A DNA stretch of 64,000 nucleotides from a virus, in IMG/VR virus record IMGVR_UViG_3300029309_000005, positions 32,628-96,627 of that record; one strand, given 5' to 3'. Shown here piece by piece: positions 40,495 to 51,089 of this stretch (its first letter is position 1; the number at the start of each line of letters is the position of its first letter). The notes beneath the pieces were generated by a model, which was given only the letters and a program-made list of their open reading frames with translations, was not told the origin of the DNA and ran no database searches. A program made the translations under genes and the position numbers.

Positions 40495-43400
40495 GTATTA
40501 TTCCTGAGTCATTTTCAAGGTATTTATCTCCTGCCAAAAACGAGTCTTGGGGCAGCACATCAACAGGCAAATATCCTTCTGGCGTTTTTGCCATGCACCT
40601 AACTTATCCAGATACTGCTTATGATGATGGAGTTACGGATTGGCAATCGGGTGTGAACTCCAATGACTGGAGGCAAGGTCTTACAGTCTTAATCAGAACA
40701 CCTTTAGCAGCATCAAGTTCAACTATCGCTGAAGCAAAGAATGTAATTGCTGTTGATTTGAAAGCGGCTGCAAATGCTAATCCTACAATGAATTTTGATT
40801 TGGGGTCTGAAAACGCAACTAGAATGATTGCAGCAAAAATCAATTCTAGGCGTATAAAAATGGTGGGGGAGAGAGATCAGGCTAGGTATGTAAGAGCGAT
40901 GTATGTTCGTCAATCTTTACCTAGAGCATACTCCATTATCGGTGCAACTATGGGTGCAGGTGCAGCAGGAAATGTTAATTTAGAAATAGCAACATGTAGC
41001 AAACATGGTTTTCCTTCTGAGTTCATTGATGGCGACTATATCTTACGGGTTGAAAATGCTTCTACTTCTAAGAATATAGATAACGGAGATTACACAGACC
41101 TTAGTTTAAGATGGCTGCGATCACCAGAGGGCGGTTCCTATAATGCTTTGATTCAAGCAACTTTCAATACAGCAAACATAAACGGTTCTCCAACAGGGGG
41201 CTTAGGCACAACTGGAGATACATTAAGCAACAGTTTTACTTTGATTGGTGAATCGCCTAAACATACAATCGTATTGTCTTGGGATTTAGTAGCCCCAAGT
41301 TCATCAGCACATGGATATTGGGGTGAACAAAGTGGTGGGCCAATAATACAAGGAATGGGTTCTATTGGAGTTCATCGTTTAGTAGCAAAGCCAATGGATG
41401 GAGGAAATAGAGGAATACCGGCTCTTAATTATGCAACTAGAAATGGTAAAACTTCGTCTGTTTATGCTGGTGGAGGCAGAGGTTTCAATAGATTTTCAAT
41501 TGAAGGACTTAACTCTTGTAATTTACCGGATATGCCGCCTCCTGATTTTCATTCAATTCATCCGACAATCAGAGGAATAACAACGGTGCATCCCAATGCT
41601 GAAACCGATGCTGTCTCAAACAATAGGTTACGAATACAACCATTAGAATATGCGACAGGATTTTCAATTAAAGGAACGGCTTCAGATCAAAAGATTGGTT
41701 TTAGCACAGGATATACAACTACTGACTTTACAGCAACCACTGAATCAGCATATGTGTCATCTGGTGCAAATGGTGTTCACATAAAGAATGTTGATGTTAC
41801 TGATGCTGCAACATATAGAACCGCAGTTGCCGATAATTCAAATGATACTTATGCACGTGAGTTTATGACAACAATGACTGAAAATGCAGAAAGAGTTGTC
41901 GGATTACAAATTAGTAACGAGGAAAAGGTGTTTGAATCCATAGTTACTACTGATGATTTAGGAAATGAATTGATATTGGAGGGAGGGTCGCCATTCGGAA
42001 CAGTCATTCGAGATTATAAAATTACCAATGAGCGTGAAAATACAGTAACTGGTGAAACTTTCATTGGCCCTTCTAATCCAGGCGGAGATGTAGCACCAAA
42101 TCTAAGAATACAACTACCAAAGCAAGAGGATATACCTGGTGGCATATTTGTTAGGGCAGGACATGATCGTGTGCAAGCGTGGTCTAATCAAACATGGGGC
42201 ATGGGCGGATTGACAGCACCAAACCCAAGATTGGCTGGAGTAGCAGAAGCCGCAAATGAAGCGTCACAATATGATACAAATGACCGTTCTTTGATTTTCC
42301 ATTGTCAACGCATCTTACATCCTAACGCTAAAGATATTCATGGTCTTGATACGCACACTGATGCTGGATTGTTTTCAGCAGGTCACACTAGACTGTTTGC
42401 TGCTCATAGAGCATCAGACCATACTGAAAGAGGCAGTTTATTGAAGCAAACAAACAATGGAGTAGAAACAGGCAATCTAATTCCACACCACAGAATCAGA
42501 TTTGGGAGACAGGGGCATACATTTGTAACCCCTCTTTGCCATAGAGGAACGCCAGCATCTCTAAGAAGGCAACTTCACCGTTCACATGGTTCAGCCTATT
42601 CTCTAATGTTTGAGGCAGAAACTGAGTATAAACATCATGGCTTTGGAAATGGTAATACAACAAACACTTCAAGTGTTTTCCAATTAGATACAATTGATGC
42701 AAAAAATACAAGTGTATTTTACGATACAGGGTCTTTCGTATCTGATGGTTTGCCATTTGACGAATTAGAAGGAAAAAGACACATAGATGCAGATGCAAAA
42801 TATACGTCAGCAACTCATCGAAGTATTCCTGATTACCTATTTGCACCAGGACAAACTCATACTAATGTTGAAGGAACTCCAGAATTTGTATCATTTGCGC
42901 TGGCAACTAGGGATGGATCAATATCAACGGGTTCTCCAACTAGATTGGAACTTCAAGGTAGCACATTCACAGTTAGAAATAGATTCAATACTGCAAGTGA
43001 AGTAATGATAAATGGGTTCTTCATTAACAATTATGGTGCAATTGGGGGTAGGCCAGAACCAATAAAATTAGTTGCTAAAGATTCGACAAATAACTGGTTT
43101 TTGCGTGGGTATCATGAAGGAGTAATTAGGCCAAGAGTCGCCACAGAATTAGCGACTGTTCCTCCACTATTAGTTCACGATCCAGAATATATGAACCTAA
43201 GTCGTGATGATGATCAAAGGGATTTTGGTCTAATCAAAGCAAGTGATACTAACAAGGGGGGAACACCAGATGCTTTCCTTTGTCACTGGTTGGCAGAGTT
43301 TAGTCACCCAATACTATTCGGCACAACTAGAGAACATTACCTAACATTCCGTTATCGTGAATCTGGAATGCCACGTGCCGTTAATTATCCATCTACAAAT

Positions 43401-46400
43401 GGTCTATTTTTACGAAACTTCTCAAATCCAACAACTGACGGCCAAGCAGAAAAAGCATTGCCATTTGAAAGATTATACATTGCTCAGTGGTTACAAAACT
43501 ACGGGTATAATGGATTGAATGCAGGTGGGCATGGAAATGTGGAGGGTCTGAAAGGTTTTAATTGTGTAATGATGGGGCATACTACACTTAGAGAGGCACG
43601 TGGAACAATCCAATTGTATAATCAGACTGGAATAAATAGATACTCACGTGGAGAAGCAATAGGAGATTCATTGAATCCCACTAGCAGATTAAGACTTGTT
43701 AAAGGAATAGACTTAGATAGTGACGGTCAGGACTTAAATAAACAATTTTATGTCGCTGAACCATATATTGGTATTGATGTTAGCAGAAGATTACCAGTCC
43801 GTTCTTGGGGAATTAGAAGTGCCTCAACTCTAAGCGATATATTGGCCGGAGATCCAACTGAAAATCAAAATGGAAACGCCATACTCAATTCTGGAAGATT
43901 CGATGGAGGGGCGCATGATTCTGCTGCTGAGATACCATTTGCTACTAACACAGAGATAGTTAGTGATTCTACTTGGCCTGGAATTGATATGCACCCAGTC
44001 GAAAGAACCGCACCTGTTGGTTTTGTAGCCAGCGACTTTACAACTGAAGCCCATCCGTTTGAAAGAAACATCAGACAAAGCAATGACCCAATAAAGGCAC
44101 AGGATAAACAAATAGGAATAGGTGCGAATCTTGGTATTACTCAAAATGGGATGTTGGATCCTAGTGCTATGGCTGCTGGCGCATGGGATTATGAATTGAA
44201 TGATAACAGGCCAACAACGCTACCAGTTAGTGGCCCTGTATTATGGTTAAAAGCCGATTCATTAGATTTAGCCGATGGTGCGTCTATTAATTCATGGGTC
44301 GATTCATCATCAAATGGATTTGAGTTCACACAAGGCACAGCATCTGCTCAACCATCACTTGTAAGAGGTGATGCAGATTACAATGGGGAGTCTCATGTTC
44401 ATTTTGATGGTAACGACAGTCTTTCTGTGCCTTTCAGTGCAAAACTAAATCCAAATAATATGACTATTTTTGTTGTTGCCACTGTTGATTCAGACAACAA
44501 TGTTTTTAATGGAATTATTGATAATTTTACTTCAAACACTGGATGGTTGTTATACGCAAAAATGGTGGGTTCTGATAATTTTTGGCAATGGCGAACAGGA
44601 ACTGGTTCTGCTCAAACGACAATATCAGCATCAGCCAATACCGTTGTTCCAAATACCCCATCAATTGTTACAATGAAAATGGCTGGTAGTGATGGTTCAG
44701 GGGGGGGTTCAACAACTCAAACATTGTATGTAAATGGTAAGTCTGAAGCAACATCGAGTGCTAAATTTACCAAAAAAACAAACACTTCAAACACACCAGT
44801 TCTTGGAAATGTAGGGTCATTTGCTCTAACAGGTCAAATGGCAGAGGTGATTATTTTTGATAGAGATTTAACTGATGCTGAAAAACATGAAGTTGAAGCA
44901 TATTTATCTCGAAAATACGGTGTGACTATTTCCACTTCAGCACCGACTTCTCATACTGGGAGGTTACATGATGTTGATAATATCCCAGTAAATAAGGGCA
45001 GCGATCCATTCATTGATTTGGTTCAAAGAAGTGGTAGTCCAACTTATGCTCAACAGGATTCAGCAGGGGCAATGATAACTACTAGCAGTTCAAGATTTGG
45101 GCATGGTAGCGACTTCTATCATCTGAGAGGCAATGCTCTCCATGCTAATTTCCATGCAATAAATGAAACTAGAGGTAGATTCTCATATCCGCCAAATAGT
45201 ATAATGGAGGCTGAGATGACATCAAATGTAGTCTCAAGAGTAACGCCAGATTTGATGTCTGAAATATCTGATGTGAGACAAATTCAATCCCGAACTGAAC
45301 CAAGATTAGGATTGATTATGGAGGTTGAAAGTGAAAGAAACTCAAACCTTGATGTGAACTATGCAGTTGCTGGAACTAGAGCAGTTTCTCTCCATACTGA
45401 TAAAATGCTAGGCTATCAATTCCCTGTTTTGCCATCACACGTGGTAAAGACTTTCATGACAAATAGCGGCTTTACAGTCAATGGGACTGGCTCTGCTGCA
45501 ACAAGGCCAGACTACTCCAAAAAACCAACATGGAGTCCAGATTCAAATAGTTCTAAACCTGCATTGCTGTCTGGTTTTACTAATGATACTGTAAGAAGCG
45601 ACTTTAAGACCCATGCCTTAGATGCTTGGGCGGTTCGTGGCGTTGCTGATTTACCAGCATGGGGTGGAGTCTATATCTTGCGTAAAACATATTTGAATAG
45701 AGAGGAAGATAGTTCGATTCTTAGAACAGAGGTTGATGGCAGCACTGGTAAAGCAACTCCATCCAACCCAGTTAGAAAATATGTTGATTACATCATAAGA
45801 CCAGTAAGGCCATTGAAGTTATTTGCTTTTGCTTCCGATTTATTACAGGATGGTTGGACTTTGGGGCCAAGATGTGCAATTTCACTACCAGGGTGGGATC
45901 ACCAGCCATTTCATCGTGACAAACGGTATGGCATTTTTGAATTGAATGAGTCAAAAGGTGTAAATGAAGTTGAACCAATAACTTCCGCTACATCTGCACT
46001 GACAATAGAGTTTCCTAATGCGAATGATTATGATGTCATATATCATTTGATACCAACTGCAAACATGTTACAGCATTTCAAATCTGATGCACACAGAATT
46101 GATAACGAGGGAAATTTCAATCCTAAGATAGAAGCGAGATATTCTCAAGCATCACACCCAGGGGGCGGTGAACCAGTCTATCAAACTGAAACAAATTTCA
46201 CTGTTGATAATGGGGTTTCTGGCGACCATGCAAGACGTGTCAAGACTGGAACTTTGGTTCAACCAAGCCAAGCGATGAGACTTTATCCTAATGTAAAATT
46301 CACTGTAAATTTAGGTTCGAGTAAATTTCTAGTCGATGAACCTTATTTGTTACCTGCATCTGGAAAACTGATTGCACTAGATTTCAAAGGTCGTTTAGAA

Positions 46401-48029
46401 TATACAAGGTCGGGTGATGAAATTACATTAACTGCTCAAGAACTATATGATCAGAATGATGTAGCAATATCAGATTACATTGGTATGACTTTTTACTTTT
46501 CAGATGTTACAGATGTAGGCGCAGTATCAACTTGGAGTATTAGAACAATTAACGATGCTAGAAGCCCAGTAGCAATACAAGCAGTATCTCCATCATTTGT
46601 TGATAATTCAGTTGTTAGTATGAAAATACAGTCACAATCTTGGTATCATTATGATGGAGTAAAAGATATTGTTAGCAAAACTGCACTTTCGTATAGAGGA
46701 TTGATGCACTACGAACCAAGTGACTTTGTAATGGTATCACAGCAGACATTCAAGATATTTGATGGTAGCGATAGAGGTGTAATTGAACACTTGAATGGAA
46801 AACCGGATATTTTTGTTGATAGTAAAAAACTGTCATCTGATTATTTCCCTCCCTATCTGATAGATTCACGAAATGTAAGATGGAGAATCGCTGATATTAC
46901 ACAAGACCAAAAGAATACATTAATGGTGTTCAAACAAATGTCAGGTAAGAGTCTAAGTGATTCAGGGCTGGCAATAGGAGAGGCAATAGCCGGTCAATTC
47001 GGTTACATAGGAATAAGAACTACTGATGCTGCCATGCACTTACTAAATGATGCTGGAGGGAACAAAGCAGGTGTTACTATAACTCCGTCTAACGAGTTCC
47101 ACAATAATTCTAGGGATATTGAAAGTTACTTAGGCGCACATCCAATGCTAAGGCAAATCAATGATCACAGCAACAAATACATTGCACGTGATACTAGAGG
47201 TCTAAACACTATGGAGGTTTTGAGAAACATAGCACAGTTAGATGGCCGTCAAATGATGAGTGAAAATAATGGGTCAATTCTTCTAACTAGCGATATTTTC
47301 AAAGAAAGAGGATTAAGAATAGGTAGTCAAAACGGGGCAGATTTGATAGAAGTTAGTCGCTTGTTTGATTCACCAAATGAAATTGTAATTGTAGGTGATG
47401 TAATTGCTGGAAATGAAATTGTATTCATTAGAGTTCAAGACAGTGAGAAGATTCGTGAGGCTGCAACCAGTGGAGAGGAAACTGTTGTCAAAACACTGAG
47501 ACAACAAATACCTGGAATAAAGAGTGTTTCTGCTGCAAGAAAATTGGCTAAAACACTGTTATCAAGGTCTGAAAATGGTGCGCCAATGATTACAATGAAA
47601 GGATTAATGAATGCTACTTCTATAATGGCTGGAGATATAATTGATGTCAATTTACCAAATCATGGAGTGGTTGGGAAATTTGCAGTATTTGAGGCCAAAC
47701 ACAAGTATCAAAGCCTACGAACCGATTTGATTATTGGGCAATATGAAAAGGGTATTGAAGGACTATTATCTGACATAAAAACTAGCACAATAGACATTAG
47801 CGGATTAAGTGAAAGCGCAGGTGATAAGGACATTAAGGAAAACATCACCATGTCCTCAAAAGTCAATATCATATCGGTTCACAGAGTCCGTGTTAGGAAT
47901 GTAAATGAAACCGGATTCATTATCGGTGCAAAATACAAAAACGGACTTGGAAAGATAGGTGTTAGGGATGGAAATAAAAGAGCGTTCCCTATCGGCAACA
48001 GTAAGAGCCGAAATTACGTGGTGAAATAA
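40488..48029 (+). CDS. Giant tail-tip protein (2513 aa) with LamG domain and hub-like C-terminus
   Basis: PVLWLKAD...AEVIIFDRDLTDAE LamG-like unit; NEIVIVGD...ARKLAKTLL...IMAGDIIDV hub-type C-terminus. Confidence 0.75.
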   Translation: MVSIIPESFSRYLSPAKNESWGSTSTGKYPSGVFAMHLTYPDTAYDDGVTDWQSGVNSNDWRQGLTVLIRTPLAASSSTIAEAKNVIAVDLKAAANANPTMNFDLGSENATRMIAAKINSRRIKMVGERDQARYVRAMYVRQSLPRAYSIIGATMGAGAAGNVNLEIATCSKHGFPSEFIDGDYILRVENASTSKNIDNGDYTDLSLRWLRSPEGGSYNALIQATFNTANINGSPTGGLGTTGDTLSNSFTLIGESPKHTIVLSWDLVAPSSSAHGYWGEQSGGPIIQGMGSIGVHRLVAKPMDGGNRGIPALNYATRNGKTSSVYAGGGRGFNRFSIEGLNSCNLPDMPPPDFHSIHPTIRGITTVHPNAETDAVSNNRLRIQPLEYATGFSIKGTASDQKIGFSTGYTTTDFTATTESAYVSSGANGVHIKNVDVTDAATYRTAVADNSNDTYAREFMTTMTENAERVVGLQISNEEKVFESIVTTDDLGNELILEGGSPFGTVIRDYKITNERENTVTGETFIGPSNPGGDVAPNLRIQLPKQEDIPGGIFVRAGHDRVQAWSNQTWGMGGLTAPNPRLAGVAEAANEASQYDTNDRSLIFHCQRILHPNAKDIHGLDTHTDAGLFSAGHTRLFAAHRASDHTERGSLLKQTNNGVETGNLIPHHRIRFGRQGHTFVTPLCHRGTPASLRRQLHRSHGSAYSLMFEAETEYKHHGFGNGNTTNTSSVFQLDTIDAKNTSVFYDTGSFVSDGLPFDELEGKRHIDADAKYTSATHRSIPDYLFAPGQTHTNVEGTPEFVSFALATRDGSISTGSPTRLELQGSTFTVRNRFNTASEVMINGFFINNYGAIGGRPEPIKLVAKDSTNNWFLRGYHEGVIRPRVATELATVPPLLVHDPEYMNLSRDDDQRDFGLIKASDTNKGGTPDAFLCHWLAEFSHPILFGTTREHYLTFRYRESGMPRAVNYPSTNGLFLRNFSNPTTDGQAEKALPFERLYIAQWLQNYGYNGLNAGGHGNVEGLKGFNCVMMGHTTLREARGTIQLYNQTGINRYSRGEAIGDSLNPTSRLRLVKGIDLDSDGQDLNKQFYVAEPYIGIDVSRRLPVRSWGIRSASTLSDILAGDPTENQNGNAILNSGRFDGGAHDSAAEIPFATNTEIVSDSTWPGIDMHPVERTAPVGFVASDFTTEAHPFERNIRQSNDPIKAQDKQIGIGANLGITQNGMLDPSAMAAGAWDYELNDNRPTTLPVSGPVLWLKADSLDLADGASINSWVDSSSNGFEFTQGTASAQPSLVRGDADYNGESHVHFDGNDSLSVPFSAKLNPNNMTIFVVATVDSDNNVFNGIIDNFTSNTGWLLYAKMVGSDNFWQWRTGTGSAQTTISASANTVVPNTPSIVTMKMAGSDGSGGGSTTQTLYVNGKSEATSSAKFTKKTNTSNTPVLGNVGSFALTGQMAEVIIFDRDLTDAEKHEVEAYLSRKYGVTISTSAPTSHTGRLHDVDNIPVNKGSDPFIDLVQRSGSPTYAQQDSAGAMITTSSSRFGHGSDFYHLRGNALHANFHAINETRGRFSYPPNSIMEAEMTSNVVSRVTPDLMSEISDVRQIQSRTEPRLGLIMEVESERNSNLDVNYAVAGTRAVSLHTDKMLGYQFPVLPSHVVKTFMTNSGFTVNGTGSAATRPDYSKKPTWSPDSNSSKPALLSGFTNDTVRSDFKTHALDAWAVRGVADLPAWGGVYILRKTYLNREEDSSILRTEVDGSTGKATPSNPVRKYVDYIIRPVRPLKLFAFASDLLQDGWTLGPRCAISLPGWDHQPFHRDKRYGIFELNESKGVNEVEPITSATSALTIEFPNANDYDVIYHLIPTANMLQHFKSDAHRIDNEGNFNPKIEARYSQASHPGGGEPVYQTETNFTVDNGVSGDHARRVKTGTLVQPSQAMRLYPNVKFTVNLGSSKFLVDEPYLLPASGKLIALDFKGRLEYTRSGDEITLTAQELYDQNDVAISDYIGMTFYFSDVTDVGAVSTWSIRTINDARSPVAIQAVSPSFVDNSVVSMKIQSQSWYHYDGVKDIVSKTALSYRGLMHYEPSDFVMVSQQTFKIFDGSDRGVIEHLNGKPDIFVDSKKLSSDYFPPYLIDSRNVRWRIADITQDQKNTLMVFKQMSGKSLSDSGLAIGEAIAGQFGYIGIRTTDAAMHLLNDAGGNKAGVTITPSNEFHNNSRDIESYLGAHPMLRQINDHSNKYIARDTRGLNTMEVLRNIAQLDGRQMMSENNGSILLTSDIFKERGLRIGSQNGADLIEVSRLFDSPNEIVIVGDVIAGNEIVFIRVQDSEKIREAATSGEETVVKTLRQQIPGIKSVSAARKLAKTLLSRSENGAPMITMKGLMNATSIMAGDIIDVNLPNHGVVGKFAVFEAKHKYQSLRTDLIIGQYEKGIEGLLSDIKTSTIDISGLSESAGDKDIKENITMSSKVNIISVHRVRVRNVNETGFIIGAKYKNGLGKIGVRDGNKRAFPIGNSKSRNYVVK

Positions 48030-48030
48030 G

Positions 48031-48228
48031 ATGGTTAGTTTATTTGAAAAAGCATGGCACTTATTGAAGGATGACATCGAAATAGCACCAAGAAATCGAC
48101 CTAGCGATTATGTGAAGCCACGAAACCCACTTCAATACATGCTTCGCAACCCTCCTAGACCATCCAGAAGGGATTATCAAAGACATTATCAAAAATTAAG
48201 GGAAAAAAAAGAAAAAAAGGATGAATGA
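48031..48228 (+). CDS. Small basic protein with FxxAWxLLK leader
   Basis: MVSLFEKAWHLLKDD; GGTGA SD. Confidence 0.7.
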   Translation: MVSLFEKAWHLLKDDIEIAPRNRPSDYVKPRNPLQYMLRNPPRPSRRDYQRHYQKLREKKEKKDE

Positions 48229-48572
48229 TTATGCCAGTTCTCGACCCCCTCAAAGCCGCATTGACAGATCACTTGCAGACTTTAATTAAACAATGTTCTC
48301 TAGGTTCTGGTAGCACAGATGCCTCTAGTCGTGATGGCGGGGCAGGTAACACAAAGATGAGCCGTTCTGCGACTGTTCAGAAAATTGATAATCGCACAAT
48401 ATCAGTCAGTGCTTTGTTTGATACACAAGTTACCAGTGAGCAATCAATTACAGAGGTTGTTTTACATGGCACAAATCCACTTGATACTCCATCTTTTAGG
48501 GCTACATTTATGCCAATTCAAAAAAATAGCACAAATGAAGTCCGTGTGGATATTTTAATGGAGGTTAGATAA
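48225..48572 (+). CDS. Small baseplate/tail structural protein
   Basis: LGSG...ITEVVL...RATFMPIQK...VRVDI pattern of small tail-tip proteins. Confidence 0.6.
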   Translation: MIMPVLDPLKAALTDHLQTLIKQCSLGSGSTDASSRDGGAGNTKMSRSATVQKIDNRTISVSALFDTQVTSEQSITEVVLHGTNPLDTPSFRATFMPIQKNSTNEVRVDILMEVR

Positions 48573-48790
48573 TGACAGAAACATTTGAGATTGCATGGGA
48601 ATTGATGAAAAGCGATGAGAAGGGCGACAACGCCCCAACCAACCCTAGTCTTTGGTCGCAAGCCAAATCGAAGGCTCGATCCAAGTTCAAGGTCTATCCC
48701 TCAGCCTATGCCAACGGTTGGGCTGCTAAGTGGTATAAGTCCAAAGGTGGCGGTTGGAAAAAGAAAGGCAAGAAGGGGAAGAAGAAATGA
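48572..48790 (+). CDS. Leader-bearing small basic protein (PSAYANGW domain, DUF5872-like from recollection)
   Basis: MTETFEIAWELMKS followed by PTNPSLW...KFKVYPSAYANGWAAKWYKSKGGGW. Confidence 0.7.
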   Translation: MTETFEIAWELMKSDEKGDNAPTNPSLWSQAKSKARSKFKVYPSAYANGWAAKWYKSKGGGWKKKGKKGKKK

Positions 48791-49239
48791 CCGCTTTTGA
48801 TACTGCTTGGGATTTGCTCAAAAAAGAGCATTGGAGAGAGACACCAATAGGTCGTTTAATCAGCCAATCTCCAATGGCATACGACATGTTAGACACCACC
48901 GTTAGCGCAAAGGAGATGGCAATGTTGGCTGCGATGGAGGAAGAAGAAAGGCAAAAAATGGCTGAATATGATGCAAAAATGGCCTATTATCAAGCATTTT
49001 TGGATGACTATATGGGAGGGGAAATGCCAGACCAAAAAGATGCCTTTAGGCTGTTTAATGAAGCCAAACCAATGAGAATACAGATGGGTTCAGTGCCACT
49101 TAGAATGGGTATGGGTGAAGTTGGTGATTTATTGACAGATCGTAGAATGCACCCAAAGCGTGGCGTAGTTTTCCGCCCACCTTCAATTGAGGATTTCATG
49201 CGAGATAAAGGCGTAGATCCGATGGGGTATAAATCATGA
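48787..49239 (+). CDS. Leader-bearing Met-rich hypothetical protein
   Basis: MTAFDTAWDLLKK at ATG 48787 (ATGA overlap). Confidence 0.7.
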   Translation: MTAFDTAWDLLKKEHWRETPIGRLISQSPMAYDMLDTTVSAKEMAMLAAMEEEERQKMAEYDAKMAYYQAFLDDYMGGEMPDQKDAFRLFNEAKPMRIQMGSVPLRMGMGEVGDLLTDRRMHPKRGVVFRPPSIEDFMRDKGVDPMGYKS

Positions 49240-49619
49240 CCGCTTTTGACATGGCTTGGGATTTTGTAAAGCATGAGTGCGGAACAAAAGATGCGAAAAA
49301 AACCAAAGGCAAGTTCCAAAAAATGAAGGGTGTGGATTTCACTTTACCAAGAGGTGAAATGAAGGTTTTACAAGCCGAAGATAAAGATTACAAAAGAGGC
49401 GTTCTTGTTGAATTACTTAAAGATGGGGGATATGAAGTAGCATACTGGTATGATAAATTTGAAGTATATCCAGTAGAAGTTATAGTTGATGGCAAATCAA
49501 TAAAAAAAGACGCTAGAAAAGTTATACTCAAATTCCATCCAACCTTAGAACAAGCAAGGGGTAAATCGAAGAAGTTAGTTAGAGAAGCGAAGCGTAAATA
49601 CAAGGAGTCGAAAAAATAA
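49236..49619 (+). CDS. Leader-bearing hypothetical protein
   Basis: MTAFDMAWDFVKH; ATGA overlap. Confidence 0.7.
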   Translation: MTAFDMAWDFVKHECGTKDAKKTKGKFQKMKGVDFTLPRGEMKVLQAEDKDYKRGVLVELLKDGGYEVAYWYDKFEVYPVEVIVDGKSIKKDARKVILKFHPTLEQARGKSKKLVREAKRKYKESKK

Positions 49620-51058
49620 TGATTCTGAACCCAGTTTCTGATTTAATCTCAAAAGATTTGAGAAGATGGTTTAAGGAAAAGTGGGTTGATGTTTCACGCA
49701 AGGATAAAGATGGCAAGCACCCTCCATGTGGGCGTGATGAAGCCAAGACTGATAGTAAGGGCTACCCTAAGTGCCGACCATCAAAGAAGGTCAGCGACAA
49801 AACGCCAAAGACATCCCGTTCAATGAGTCAAAAAGACAAGAAGGCTGCTACTAGGAGAAAGCGGTCAAAACCACAGGGCGTTGGAGGTAAGCCAACAGTG
49901 GTTAAGAGTATTTTGAAAGATTTTTATTTTGGCAATAGAGGTTTAAGCGCAGGTGAATTTACTGGGCCAATAGCAACAGCCACTACTAGAGTGCCAGATC
50001 ATATTAAAAGACCAACAAAAGGCTTGGGTAAATTATTTGCTGGAAAAAAAGTGTGGGATTCTTATTCAGGGGCAGATACGACTTACAAAGGAAAACCAGT
50101 GACGTATGATGCTAACCCATCTAGTGAAAATACAGAGGTCACAGGTGACGGTTTTACAGATGAACTCTTAGGCGTTGGTTATCGAACCGATAAAACCCCT
50201 TATACTCAAGAAGAACTTCAAAATCGTGGGCTAAATGCCACCCCTAATAATGCCGAATTTAGAAGGGGCGGTTCTTTGCCCCAAACTAAGACAGTTAGAA
50301 CGGACACCCCTGGGAAGTCAATAATTACCTATGTTGATAAAGATGGTAATGAAATAAGGGGTTATGATAAAACTGGGAAAAAATATCTGAAAAATAACAT
50401 TAATCTGCCGAGAACGTATGAAGGGCAAGAGAGAGATTATACAACTCATTTAGGGGTTAATTTGGCATCTTACGGCCCTAAGAATGTTTATGCTGGCAAG
50501 TATAATGAAGATGATGCAATAGAGAGTATAATCAGCACACTTACTCACGAATACGGCCATGAAGCCATTGATGACGAATTGAAGCAAGCGGTGAAAAGAG
50601 GTGAATTACCTGGTGAAAACATTAATCTTGCACATGAAATTGGGGCGCACACACTTCAAGAATTTGGAGATGAAAAAGAAGTAAATCGAGCGTTAAAGAA
50701 TCATCCAAATACTTCTGCATTTAGAGGTAGATCTACTCCAGAAGCATTTAGAGGGAAAGGAAATCAAGTTACGATGCCAAAACCAATAGACGCATCTCCT
50801 GTAAAAAAGTCATTTGAGGCTGCTTGGGATTCTATTACAAAGAATGAGGATAAAGGCAAATTCAGAGGGTATTCTCGATCCAATATCAGCGACAGACCAT
50901 ATAGACAAGCAGAACACCGTGTATGGGATGTTTCGAGAAAAGTCAAGCGTGAAAGAACGAAGCGCAGATACAAGCGTAACAAGAGTAGAGGAACTGTTCG
51001 CCCTGCCATGCGTAGGCAATTAGGCGCAGGTGGCAAAAGAGCCTCAACAAAAAGGTGA
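49619..51058 (+). CDS. Polyprotein: basic LRRWFKEKW domain, HExxH zincin-like domain, internal leader and Arg-rich tail
   Basis: LRRWFKEKWVD...CGR...YPKCRP; THEYGHE...HE; SFEAAWDSITK. Confidence 0.7.
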   Translation: MILNPVSDLISKDLRRWFKEKWVDVSRKDKDGKHPPCGRDEAKTDSKGYPKCRPSKKVSDKTPKTSRSMSQKDKKAATRRKRSKPQGVGGKPTVVKSILKDFYFGNRGLSAGEFTGPIATATTRVPDHIKRPTKGLGKLFAGKKVWDSYSGADTTYKGKPVTYDANPSSENTEVTGDGFTDELLGVGYRTDKTPYTQEELQNRGLNATPNNAEFRRGGSLPQTKTVRTDTPGKSIITYVDKDGNEIRGYDKTGKKYLKNNINLPRTYEGQERDYTTHLGVNLASYGPKNVYAGKYNEDDAIESIISTLTHEYGHEAIDDELKQAVKRGELPGENINLAHEIGAHTLQEFGDEKEVNRALKNHPNTSAFRGRSTPEAFRGKGNQVTMPKPIDASPVKKSFEAAWDSITKNEDKGKFRGYSRSNISDRPYRQAEHRVWDVSRKVKRERTKRRYKRNKSRGTVRPAMRRQLGAGGKRASTKR

Positions 51059-51089
51059 GGCTTGATATGGAATTTGATACTGCATGTAG

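Noticed and set aside
33188-48029. Diversity-generating retroelement targeting tail-tip genes
   Set aside because: No reverse transcriptase and no TR/VR near-identical repeat noticed; the LamG paralogues are diverged at protein level
48754-48786. ORF start at 48754
   Set aside because: ATG 48787 overlaps the upstream stop and begins the leader motif, matching the sibling genes
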